NCBI GenBank assembly: GCA_951406725.2
Contig: OX597815.1
Span: forward strand, 1 to 64,000
From: Octopus vulgaris
Lineage: Eukaryota
Direction: 5' to 3'
DNA: 64,000 bases
The notes beneath the pieces were generated by a model. The model was not told where the DNA came from and did no database searches. It was given only the letters and a program-made list of their open reading frames with translations. Shown piece by piece: positions 53,353 through 64,000 of this stretch. Numbering within the stretch: position 1 is the first letter of the stretch; each line of letters begins with the position of its first letter. The position numbers and the translations under genes are program-made.

Positions 53353-55099
53353 AAAATTATTTACACATTAAGCAAATTTAGGTACTATATGTCACCAGTC
53401 ATTGCATTCGCTTGCTATATCCTTTGTGAGGTTCAATATCCTGAAATCAGTCTTCAGCACTTCATTGTAGCTCTCCTTTTTTTCACAGACCCTCATCTTG
53501 AATCTTTTTTTATACAGCTATCATCCTCCATATGAATTACATATCATCCATACCTGTGCAGTCTCCTCGCCAATGCTTAGGCATACAAATATCATGGTTC
53601 AGTGGAGCATGTTTACTTCATATTTTTCTAATCTTTGAAAATCCTCAGTACATCTACACAATTCTATTCATACAATCCTATTCTTCCCTCAAAGACAGAA
53701 TCCCTTTGTTATCCTGCAAAATTTGTAGATCCCTGAACTTTTTCCAACCTGTTCTTATTCTGATAACTATATCTTCAAAACACCTATCCCTACAGCTAAT
53801 TAGATAACCTAGGTAACAAAAACTATCAACTATTTCTAAGAAGCATTCCAGACATTTAAAAGAATTTTTTTAATGTGTTCTTATAGTTTACTGCTCCTGT
53901 GTATCTGACACATACAAAGTTTGCCTTTTCTGTCAGCTTGCCAGTGAGACTGCTACATCTCTTGTATATCCACAATTTAAACTGAGTATGAGCACACTAT
54001 ATAGAGTTTCTACCTACAACTTTTTGTAGATGAAGTACAACCATTTTTCTGACTGTAGTAGGGTTCTATTTTCTCTCATATTTACAAACACTTTAGTCTT
54101 TTCTAAGCTTATTTTAAGGCCTCTTGATCCTAGGTTTTATTTCCAACTCATAAATTCATTTGTAAGTAAAGTCTTACTTCAGAACTTACCATATTTGCTA
54201 GTGTATAAAATGCAGTTTCTTTAATTTTCAAATGTATCCCAAAATTGTGTCTAATGCAGCCATATTATAGATGGAAGACCGAGTGTTGTAGGCTAAAGAG
54301 TTGGATAAGTATAAACCTGCTAGGTACAATGGCTGTTACTAATAATAAAATATTCAAAACCTACTAAAATATCACAGTCTCTTGGAACAAACTTACAAAA
54401 AATTGCTTACAATATGTCAGTAGTTATGTGGGGAAATCACATCTTCCCCCAGCATATACAACTCACAAGTGACATGTGACTTACATTATTTAATTACTAT
54501 GTTAGCTTTAAGAAACATTTTTTAATTACTTAAATGAAAAATTCTCCTAGAACGGTGAAAATAATGTTAAACTTTCATCCACCTATCAGTTAGTTACAAT
54601 GTATAGATGACAACAAAACCATAGCAGTGGCACACAACCTTGAAGGATGATTCTAGTTGTGCAAACCAAAATTTTAGGTTTGTACATCCTGTATGATAAT
54701 TCTTTTGACCAAAATATAAACAACTATACAGTTGCTTTGAAAGAAGATAGAACGGAATTACAACACTTATATTACAGTTTATTTATGATAAATTTTGACT
54801 TTATACTTTATTCCGGTATATTGTATTTACATGAATGGAATCAGACATTTTCCCCTACAAAACCACTTTAAAATATCTTTCAATGAATGTATGATGAAAT
54901 ATACTAAATTTGCTTCTTTCTTTTACAGCTCGCCTTCATGTTTGCTGAAGTTAGTCCCAATGCTGGAGTCAACTTTACTAAAATCTTTGAACTGAGAAGC
55001 AGGACTGGTCCCAGGTCTTTGTTTTTCCTGGAAGAAAAGGGAATGTTGCATCGCTTCAGATTGTCTTTTAGTTAGCCTTTGAAGTGCAAGAATGGCCTT

Positions 55100-57900
55100 C
55101 CAACTGACCCTCCTTTTGGTAATTGACCAAAAAAAAAGAGTTGCTTCAAAATTCCGATATCACTCATATGTGAGAGATGACCTGACCATCCAAGCTGTAT
55201 TTTGATGAGAATGGCTCCTATACCTGATTTGTTGCATTTTGTTAGAACCACACTATTATGAATATGGTCACTCGGTTTAATGTTGGAGATGGTATGAAAA
55301 CATTACATATGAAAGGCACCAAGCTGGTTGATGTGCTTTCAGTACAGGGTCCAAGATCTAGCACCATAAAGCAATGATATCGAAACCACCAGCTTATAGA
55401 CATTGACTTTCAGCTTCAACAATACATTGTGGTTGTTCCAAACCTTGTGATAAAGCTTACCAAAAGTGGAACTAGCCTCCCTGATTCTGGACTCGATTTC
55501 TTTATCCATCTTAGCATCACTGGACACAATGGAACCAAGATAAATGAAAGAGGAAATAGTTTTGAATGCATTCTCATCGACATACACAGTAGGGACAACA
55601 GGAGGAGGATTGTCACAAATGGGCTGATGGACAAGCTCAGCCTTCTTAATGTTGATGGTCAGACCAAAAGCCTTCAATGCACATGAGGAGTTGTTTAGAA
55701 ACCATTGCATGTCTTTGAGAGTGTGTGCTGCAAGTGCACAATCATTTATAAAGAGCAAATCACAAACTTTTTACACCAAAGTCTTAGCTTTTGCTTTGAA
55801 GCAGTGTTAGTTGAACATGCCACCACTGGTTCTGTACTCAAACTTTACTCCTTCTTTAACACCTTCATTTCCAACATGACAAAGAAATACAAAGCAAATA
55901 AGAAGGGTACAAGAACACAGTCTTGTTTTGTCCCATTTGAGAATGTGAATGAATCAGACACTTCTCTGCCAGATCTAACAGAAGCTACCATCTCTTGATG
56001 AAAAGAAATGATGACATTGAACATATTTTTGGGAATACCTATCTTTCTAAGAACAACCCAAAGAGTGTCCCTAGAGACAGTGTTGACAGCTTTACTAAAA
56101 TCTACAAAAGTGACAAAAAAAGCCTCAGTTGTGCTCATAAGCCTTTTTCCTGCAGTTGCCTCAGGCTGAAAACCATATCCACTATGTCTTTACTAGCCCG
56201 AAAGCCACACTGAGATTCAGGCCACATTAAGGAGGAAATGACAAAATGACCAAAATGTCTGGCGATATGAGAAGACCCACCCACATCAGTGAAACTGAGT
56301 TCTAGAAGCGTTGTGTTCCACCCACACATAACAATAAAATTTTCACACACCCTACCCCAACAAACCAAACTACATCTCCTCTCCCAAACTGCATCTCTTC
56401 TCTTCCTCACATTTCCTCTCCATACACTATGATTATCTCCCTCTCCCCAATCCTATCCTCACTGCCCTGCTCACTGTATCATTGCTTTCTCCACCCCTTC
56501 AATATACCAAGGTTCTCACCAGTCACTGCATTCCCCACCCCCAATCCCTCCTTGCACCTTCTTGGCAATATTCTGCCATGTATATTAAGGACCTCCATAC
56601 CTTGAAGGTATGCCCTGGCACTAGCCATCATTTATTTCTCTCTTTCTTACTTTACCATCCTATCTATGATCTGATCCCTGTTCCTTGTGAGTATGCCCTG
56701 GCACTTCACCACCACCTCTCTCCTGCTCTTTCTTACACTCTTGTTGTCACCCATTCTCTCTCTCTCTTTCTCTCTGTCTAGGTAACCATGTATCTTACTT
56801 TACAGCAGCACACCTATTTTTGTCTTCATTCTTGTTAACTCTCTCTCTCTCTCTCTATCTGGCTGGGTAACCATGTACCTCCTCTACAGCAAGACACCTG
56901 TTTCTGCCTCTCTGTCACACTCTAACCTTCCATCATCTGACACAAAATCACCTCCTCTAATGCCCCCCTCCCCTCTCAAAGATTCTTTGTCTTGATGACC
57001 CTGCCAGTACTGGTATCGCATGAAAAGCATCCAGTCCACATTGTAAAGTGGTTGGCATTTGGAAGGGCATCCAGCTGTAAAAAACCATGCCTAAACAGAC
57101 ACTGAAACATGGTGCAGTCTTCCGCCTATCCATCTCCTACCAAACAGTCCAACCCATGCCAGCATAGAAGGTAGACGTTAAATGATGTGGTGATGATGAT
57201 GATAAGCTGGCATTGTTTAGTCTGTTTAAAGTAACCCTTCCAATACACAAAAGGGAGGATAGCACTATGGTTGTCATATTCCCATTCGTTGCCTGTGCTT
57301 ATAAAGACAGCCAAGAGAAGCATCTTTAAATTCCCGTGAGACTGATCCTGATTCCCAGATTAAGGAGAGGAGTTCACATAATTTGTTCAACAGGAGACTG
57401 CTACCACATTTATATATTCCAGTTGGTATGTTATCATTCTCAGACAACTTTCCATTCGTGGAACAACGGACAGTTCTTCAAGGATAGGCCTCTGTGGTAG
57501 GTTGTTGATCAGTTCTTCATCAACAATTGAGTCCATATTCAGAACATTTGAAAAATGCTCTGCCCAGCGCTTCGTGATCTCTTTTTTGTCTGTCTAAAGA
57601 TTGCCCTCAGTTGAGTAACGAAAGTTGAACCATCAGACTCAATTCCAAAAACAGCCTTTAGAATAGAATGACTTGAAGTCACATCTATCTGCAGCATCCT
57701 GCAACTCCTGCCTTCTTTTGCCACCATGTCTGTTTCATTTACTTCAGTCAAGATTGGCATGTATTTCTGACCTTTTTAAACTCATTGCATTTTGTGGCAT
57801 TATTCCTTAGTTTGCAATGATTTCTCTAGCACTCAAGTCTCATTCTTTGTCCATCTCATTTCTATGTCTTGGCTGCTATTTCCTGCAGTCAAGTTGTCTT
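55100..57900 (-). mobile_element. Decayed RTE/BovB-type LINE split by an opposite-strand RTE 3'UTR insertion (56330-57200, +)
   Basis: PESQCGFRASK..DMVFSLRQLQEK, FVDFSKAV, GTKQDCVLVPFLF, FIYLGS, LLYGARSW; an upstream piece reading RWAEHFSNVLN lies at ~57540-57570. Confidence 0.8.
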
Positions 57901-57919
57901 CTTTTCTTGTCCACTTTTG

Positions 57920-58790
57920 GCATATCACCAAAAGTCTCAGTCACTTATCACCTCCGTGAGGCCCAATGTTACCCTTTACCTGCCACTGGCATGAGTGCCT
58001 GTTATGTGACACCAGCATTGGCCATGACTACGGTTTCATTTGGCTTGATGAGAGTTCTCAAGCATGGCATATTGCCAAAGGTCTCAATCACTTGTCATTG
58101 CCTCTGTGAGGCTCAGTGTTCGAAGATCATGCTTCACCACCTTATCCTATGTCTTCCTGGCTCTACCTCTTCCACAGGTTCCCTCCATTGTTAGAGATCA
58201 GCATTTCTTTACACAGCTGTCCTCATCCATATGCATCACAATCATACCAGTGCAGTTGTCTTCCCTGCCCACAACATTTGATGCCTCTTAGGCCCAACTT
58301 TTCTCTCAAGACACTCACACTCTGTCATGCATGCGCACTGACGTTACACACCCAGTGAAGCATAATAGCTTCATTTCTTTCAAGCCTCCACATGTCCTTG
58401 CCAGTCACACCCATGTAGCATGGCTCTTTGCACACAGCAGGCATCAAGCAGTCTGCTTTTCAGTCTCAGGGAGAGGCCCTTTGTTACCAACAGAAGTAGG
58501 CGTGCTCTGAACTTTGCTCAGCCTATTCTTATTCTGGCAGCTATACTCTCGGAACATCCACCTCCGCCACTAACTTTGTTACCTAGATAACAGAGGCTAT
58601 TAACTCTTAGAACTACTTCTAGCTTACTCCACTGGCATTGGATGGAGTCTATTTTCTGTACATTTTTAGTGTTTATTGTACTTGTGCACCTTCCACCCAC
58701 AAAAAACTATTTTCCCTGTTAACTTTCCTCTGATATTGCTGCACCTCCTATGTGTCCATATGTTGCATTGGGTACACCTTATGGATTGAT
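57920..58790 (-). mobile_element. Decayed RTE ORF2 3' part (family of 24921)
   Basis: LCYLGNKVSGGGGCSESIAARIRIG; VEEVEP/GRGR region; Cys-rich insert remnant at 58680-58780. Confidence 0.8.
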
Positions 58791-59034
58791 ATTGATTTTA
58801 GATTTCTACAGATTGATATTAACAATAATTCTCTTTACATATATCCCAATGATGATGATGATATCCCCTTTACTCTTTAAGTATTTGCTTTAACTAAAAC
58901 GGTTTCTTCTTTAAGAGAGATTTAGATGTAATTTTAGCAGCAAGGAGTAAAATTATTGCATTTAATGATGATTATTGGACTAGAAAATCTATATCGTATA
59001 ATTTTGGTACTACTGTCAGCTGAAGCCCAGGCCA

Positions 59035-59615
59035 GGCTGAATGGTCAAGAAGCTTGCTTTCCAACTATGTAGTCTCAGGTTCAGTCTCACTGCAGGGCAC
59101 CTCGACCAAATTGGTGTCACCCCCAGCCTACCAAAGCCTTGTTGAAGAAGCCCATTGTATGTATATATGCATACCTATGTGTATGTGTGTGTATATGCAT
59201 ACATATGTGTATGTGTGTGTATGTGTAGCTTTGTCATAATATCACTTGAAGGTTGTAAATGACCATCACTGTCATTCAAGCACTGTTACTTGTTTCCAGT
59301 CGTCCACTAAAAATATGTGTAGCCATGAGGATATATTATGTTGCCTGAAAACAGGTGAAGGTTGGTAACTGGAAGGGCATTTAGCCATAGAAAATCTGTA
59401 TTTATGAATGTTACAAAAAATGAATCACTTTCATAAAAGCAGTGTCCTTCATTTCCAATGTCCTGTGAAAATATGTTCAGCCTTGGGGAAATATCAATCT
59501 ACTTGAACATGGTTGAGGGTTGGTGACAGGAAGGGCATCTGGTCATAAAAAATCTTCCTCAACAAAATTCCATTTGACCCATGCAAGTATGAGGCATTAA
59601 AACAATAATGATGTA
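59035..59615 (+). mobile_element. Old SINE with a tRNA head like 33355 but an RTE-type tail
   Basis: Head GGCTGAATGGTCAAGAAGCTTGCTTTCCAAC..GGTTCAGTC; tail TTGGTGACAGGAAGGGCATC...GACCCATGCAAGTATG. Confidence 0.6.
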
Positions 59616-60009
59616 AGTGATGATTTTTGGTGAGGGACTGAATGAAGGTGTAGTAACAATTGCCACCTAAATCTGGTGACATACATTCCATTTATGAGTC
59701 ACTCAAACTTTTGTATGTTTTGGAGAGGCAGGACTAGGGGTGGGCGGTAAAGGTTACTGTGGTGCATGGGTGAATTTGACAGGATGTGAATGATGAGAAA
59801 TGAGTTGGCTGTGCCTCAGTGCTGGTGGCATGAGAACAACCAGCTTTGAGGAAGAGTGGCTATTATATAGTAAAGGAAGAGAAACAGATGGAGAATGCCG
59901 TAACAAGCTGATTTAGTCTTCTGTGAATGAAGTCTACAATGTCTGTGTATGTAGTAGTAGCACTTCCACCATCACCACCCCAGAGATGCAAGAAATACTC
60001 TATCATGAG

Positions 60010-60512
60010 GTGCAAAGAGCACCATATAAGTGTGATCGTTGACAGAGCAGCTAACCGGCTTCTGTGCCAGTGACACATAAAAGGGCACCATTCGAGTATG
60101 ATCATTACCAGTGTCACCTTACTGGCACTTGTGCATGTGCCAGCAGGGTTCTAATCTGAGCGTGATCGTTGCCAGAGCAGCCAACTGGCTTCCGTACCCG
60201 TGGCACGTAAAAGGGCACCATTCGAGCGTGATCGTTACCAACGTCGCTTCACTGGCACCTGTGCTGGTGGCATGTGTAAAAGATTCGAGCGAGGTCGTTG
60301 CCAGTACCGCCTGACTGGCCCCCGTGCCGGTGGCATGTAAAAAGCGCCCACTACACTCTCGGAGTGGTTGGCATTAGGAAGGGCATCCAGCTGTAGAAAC
60401 TCTGCCAGATCAAGAGTGGAGCCTGGTGCAGCCATCTGGTTCGCCAGCCCTCAGTCAAAATCGTCCAACCCATGCTAGCATGGAAAGCGGACGTTAAATG
60501 ATGATGATGATG
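60010..60512 (+). mobile_element. RTE 3'UTR/tail with tandem units
   Basis: Repeated CACCATTCGAGCGTGATCGTT units, the conserved tail and (GAT)n. Confidence 0.85.
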
Positions 60513-61019
60513 AGGCCCTGAAATTTCTAGACCGTCAGTAATTGTGGAAAACTGAAGTATTTTCTGACTCTGAGGAGGGCTACTCTATTACACGTGTCCT
60601 TAGACATGTAAAAGATGTTTTAGCTGGAGGAGGTCCTCTTTGATAACGACGCCTGACTTTTGGAACAACTGTGAGGCTCTAGTGGTATGCTATTCATGTT
60701 CTATGGTGGGGTGATGGGGAAGAAGTACAAAATAATATTCTTGATATGGTGTTTGTGTTGAAGAAGACAAGATTGCTATTAAAGGATCCTTTCAAGGTTC
60801 ATTTTAGTGTGGGATTTGACATGTGGTGTTCAGGCTGCATATGAATGATGTATGTGTTGTAGGGGATTAGTAATAATGGTGCACCCCTCTCATGTAATCA
60901 GCAGAATAACCTTAGTCACTATAAATAGGAGAGTATGAGACAGTACAGGAGAGTATGAGACAGTATGGGACTATTATAAAGAAAAAAATGTGGAAACATT
61001 GGTAAGCCGAAATTAATTA

Positions 61020-62212
61020 TCAGGCTGAGTAAAAAGTATACAATACATTTCAATAATACAGAAATTTTATTCATCAAAGTAAGTACCATTACAATCAACA
61101 CACTTTTGCCAATGAGTTACAAGTTTGTTTATTGCAGTAACATAAACTCTTTGAACGCACTTTCAGCATCGGTTTGATTTTTGAACTCCTTCTCTCGCAG
61201 GAAACCATCAAGGTGCTTGAAAAAGTGGTAGTTGGTAGGAGAAAGGTCTGGAGAATAGGCTAGATGGGAAAGAACTTTGTAGCCAAGTTCCCTCAATTTC
61301 TGGAGCATCATTAGTGAAACATGTGGTCAAGCATTGTCATGAAGAATGATTGGCCCTCTTCTGTTGACCAGTCAGGGATGGAGGAGTAGCAGTTTTTTGT
61401 TCAGTTTGACAATTTCATGGCAATATCTTTCTGCAGTAATTGTTTTTCTGGGTTTTAAGTAGTTATAAATGGAAGAGTCCAGCAGTACACCACCAAACAG
61501 TCATCTTTTTGAAGAGCTCGGGTTTAGGGAAGGTTTTTGGTGCTTCATTTTGGTTCAGAAACTGCGAAGAACATTTTTTATTATTGTACTTCATCACAAG
61601 TTACAATATGTTCAAGAAATGGTTTGGTCTGCTTACAAAAGCACAAGCAAATTTCATATCTGGGTGTTTTCTGATTTTCATTAAAATTGTTTTGTTGAGC
61701 TTTTTTGATTTTCTGATTTCATGCAAATAGTTGCAGGCAGTTTTCTGGTTAAGTTCAAATTCTTTTGCCAGTTCTTGAGTTGTTTTACATGGATCTTTCT
61801 CGATGGTTTTTCATCGACTGCCATCACCTACAGATGGGTGTCCACTATGTTCACAATCTCCAAGGCTCAGGTTTCCCATGCGAAATCGTTTAAACCATTT
61901 TCGAGCTGACCACTAACTGGTCATCTCCTCAATTAGATGTCATCGATATCGTCAGCAGTTTCTGCTGTTTTATGTCCCTTTTTGAAATTGAATGGCAAAA
62001 TTGCTCGAATATCACACTTTGACAGTTCCATTTCAGATGATTGTAACAATGGTGATAAAATATCAATGTTGATCTATTGATGCATTTGGGCAAGTCTATG
62101 TCTGCACTATCAGACAATTGCAAAAAAATGTTTAAAAAAATTCAAAACTCTACAAAAATCCAGTACAAATTCTTCATGGTTCAAAATGTTGCTTACTTTT
62201 TACTCAACCGGC
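61020..62212 (-). mobile_element. Decayed full-length mariner
   Basis: Imperfect TIRs TCAGGCTGAGTAAAAAGTA / TACTTTTTACTCAACCGGC with TA flanks; HLAYSPDLSPTNYHFFKHLDGFL on the minus strand. Confidence 0.9.
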
Positions 62213-62427
62213 TACATATATTCGATTAGAGGTTGTGTTAACCTCATGAAGGGATGATTTCATCCAACAAAATACTGGTTCAATACCTAGCATGTTCGGA
62301 GAATTAATTTCCTTAAAATAATAGGTGTATACATAAAAACATAGTTTATATTCATGTAAAAGAAGAAAAAGAAAATGGAAATTGGGAAGTTAATAATTGC
62401 TTATTATTAACAGCAAATTAATCATCT

Positions 62428-62508
62428 TCACTTACAGCTGTTTCAATTAATACTTAGTAAATATTAAATTTATATTTATATGACCTGAGCCAAATATCTT
62501 CAGAGGGG
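62428..62508 (-). ncRNA. Hammerhead-like motif with a long AT-rich stem II region
   Basis: Minus strand: CT-CTGAAGA-(~52 nt)-GAAA-CAGCTG-TA-AG; stems I and II are weak. Confidence 0.55.
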
Positions 62509-63103
62509 GGAAAAATATACCCTTGGATGTTTTGTATGTGTCTATGGATTCATTATAACAGATATATATAAGAAAAAGAAAGAGGAAGTCACAATTTTGA
62601 ATAATTAATTATTAAGACTTTCATCTTGTTTCAGAGAATCATTAGGAATGATATTTTGACAGAAAATTTATGCCTTTTAGATATATATTTATGTGAATTA
62701 GCTGCAAAAATCTGGAGTTGAATTTGGAAGAGAATGTTTTTTGTTATTTTGGACCAATATGTGTAAGTGTGTAGTGAATTTTTGGAGGCTTGATTAGTGG
62801 GAGAAAAGCGGTAAAAGAAAGGACTTTTCCTGTTTTTCATTTTTCCGTTCCTCTCCTTCTAACAAGGCCACTAAAAATTCACCACACATACTTATGCATA
62901 CATATATGCACACACACACATATATACACACATAGAAAGATTCAAATTAACAAAGAACATTCTCTTTCCAATTCAGTTCTAGATTTTTTAAAAATCTAAT
63001 TCACATATATTTAAAAGTGCTAAATAAATAATTATTCAAAAGTCCTTTTGCTTAATATATAAAATTTGTACATGTTAAGAAATCAATATATACATATGTA
63101 TAC

Positions 63104-64000
63104 GATGTAATAAAGGCTATAGATGAAATGAAAATAGACTCAGCTACTGGCCCCGATGGATTCCCGGCAATCCTCCTAAAAGTACCACTGCAGTCCCTCT
63201 TTCAGAGCTTCCTTGCAGCTGGCAAACTTCCAAGGGGACTGAAGGAAGGTAAAATATGCCCTATTCATAAAGGAGGTAGCAGAGCGGAGGCAAAGAACTA
63301 CAGACCTATCTCTCTGACCTCACACATCAGCAAGGTCATGGAACGAATAGTCAGAAGGAAACTAATCACCTTCCTTGAAGAAAATGACTTGCTGCCTGAC
63401 ACCCAACATGGTTTCCGACCAGGAAGAAGCTGCTTAACTCAGCTCCTGCAGCACTATGACTGGGTGCTGAAACAACTGCTCAACCACTCAAATGTGGAAG
63501 TCATATATCTCGACTTCGCAAAGGCCTTCGATAAAGTCGATCACGGAATGATATGTCACAGGTTGCGTGATCTTGGCATAGTTGGAAAACTAGGAGAATG
63601 GCTTCACGACTTTCTGAAGAATAGAAGTCAGGTGGTAGTAGCCAATGGGGCCACTTCCATTAACACGCAAATAATGAGTGGTGTTCCACAGGGCACTGTT
63701 TTGGGACCACTACTGTTCATAATGGCCCTCTCAGACATGCCCTCAGCCACGCAGAGATCCACGATCACAAGTTATGCAGATGATACAAAAGTTTCACAGG
63801 CAATACAGAACCCTGAGGACACTAAAAACCTGCAATGTGAGCTGGACGAAATATACAAGTGGGCTGAAAAGAATAGCATGCAGTTCAATGCTGGAAAGTT
63901 TCAAGCTTTATACTATCAGCATGCAAAACTGAATGCAATACCCAATGAATACACTGGACCCGGAGGGATTGCAATCCCAGAGGCACAATCAGTGCGTGAC
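63104..64000 (+). mobile_element. CR1/L2-group LINE reverse transcriptase, open reading frame running off the window end
   Basis: Manual translation: [69 protein letters not shown]; no stop seen in 299 codons. Same family as 7965. Confidence 0.92.

Noticed and set aside
54184-54205. Minus-strand donor ATATG|GTAAGT with a nearby AG
   Set aside because: It abuts a decayed RTE fragment, the acceptor is weak, and there is no supporting reading frame.
60515-60900. Possible Penelope GIY-YIG remnant on the minus strand
   Set aside because: Only a vague resemblance; no motif could be read reliably without a translated homology search.

Overview
This is a eukaryotic, AT-rich, almost entirely repeat-derived window with no intact host gene, rRNA, tRNA gene or CRISPR array that I can support. 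The repeat content points to a cephalopod, probably Octopus (inference). That content is very long (AT)n tracts, RTE LINEs with (GAT)n tails, CR1/L2-group LINEs, tRNA/CORE-type SINEs, mariner elements, a piggyBac-type MITE and Helitrons. Most long ORFs in the track are microsatellite translations (YIYIYI) or frameshifted LINE fragments. The most notable unannotated signal is a set of at least 7 dispersed type-I hammerhead-ribozyme-like motifs (CUGANGA...GAAA-short, mostly palindromic loop-UH), nearly all on the minus strand. Each has a different stem-III loop and lies in a short AT-rich element, two of them flanked by inverted repeats, resembling Penelope-like pseudo-LTRs. The copy at 21427-21509 looks fully intact. 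Other highlights: a C4HC3 PHD-like finger inserted inside RTE ORF2, a mariner built from two 5' ends, a ~1 kb spacerless palindrome, an apparent gene-conversion tract between two LINE copies, and weak hints of minus-strand host exons. The first ~5.5 kb shows signs of poor consensus quality. Element boundaries are approximate unless a TIR or TSD is cited.
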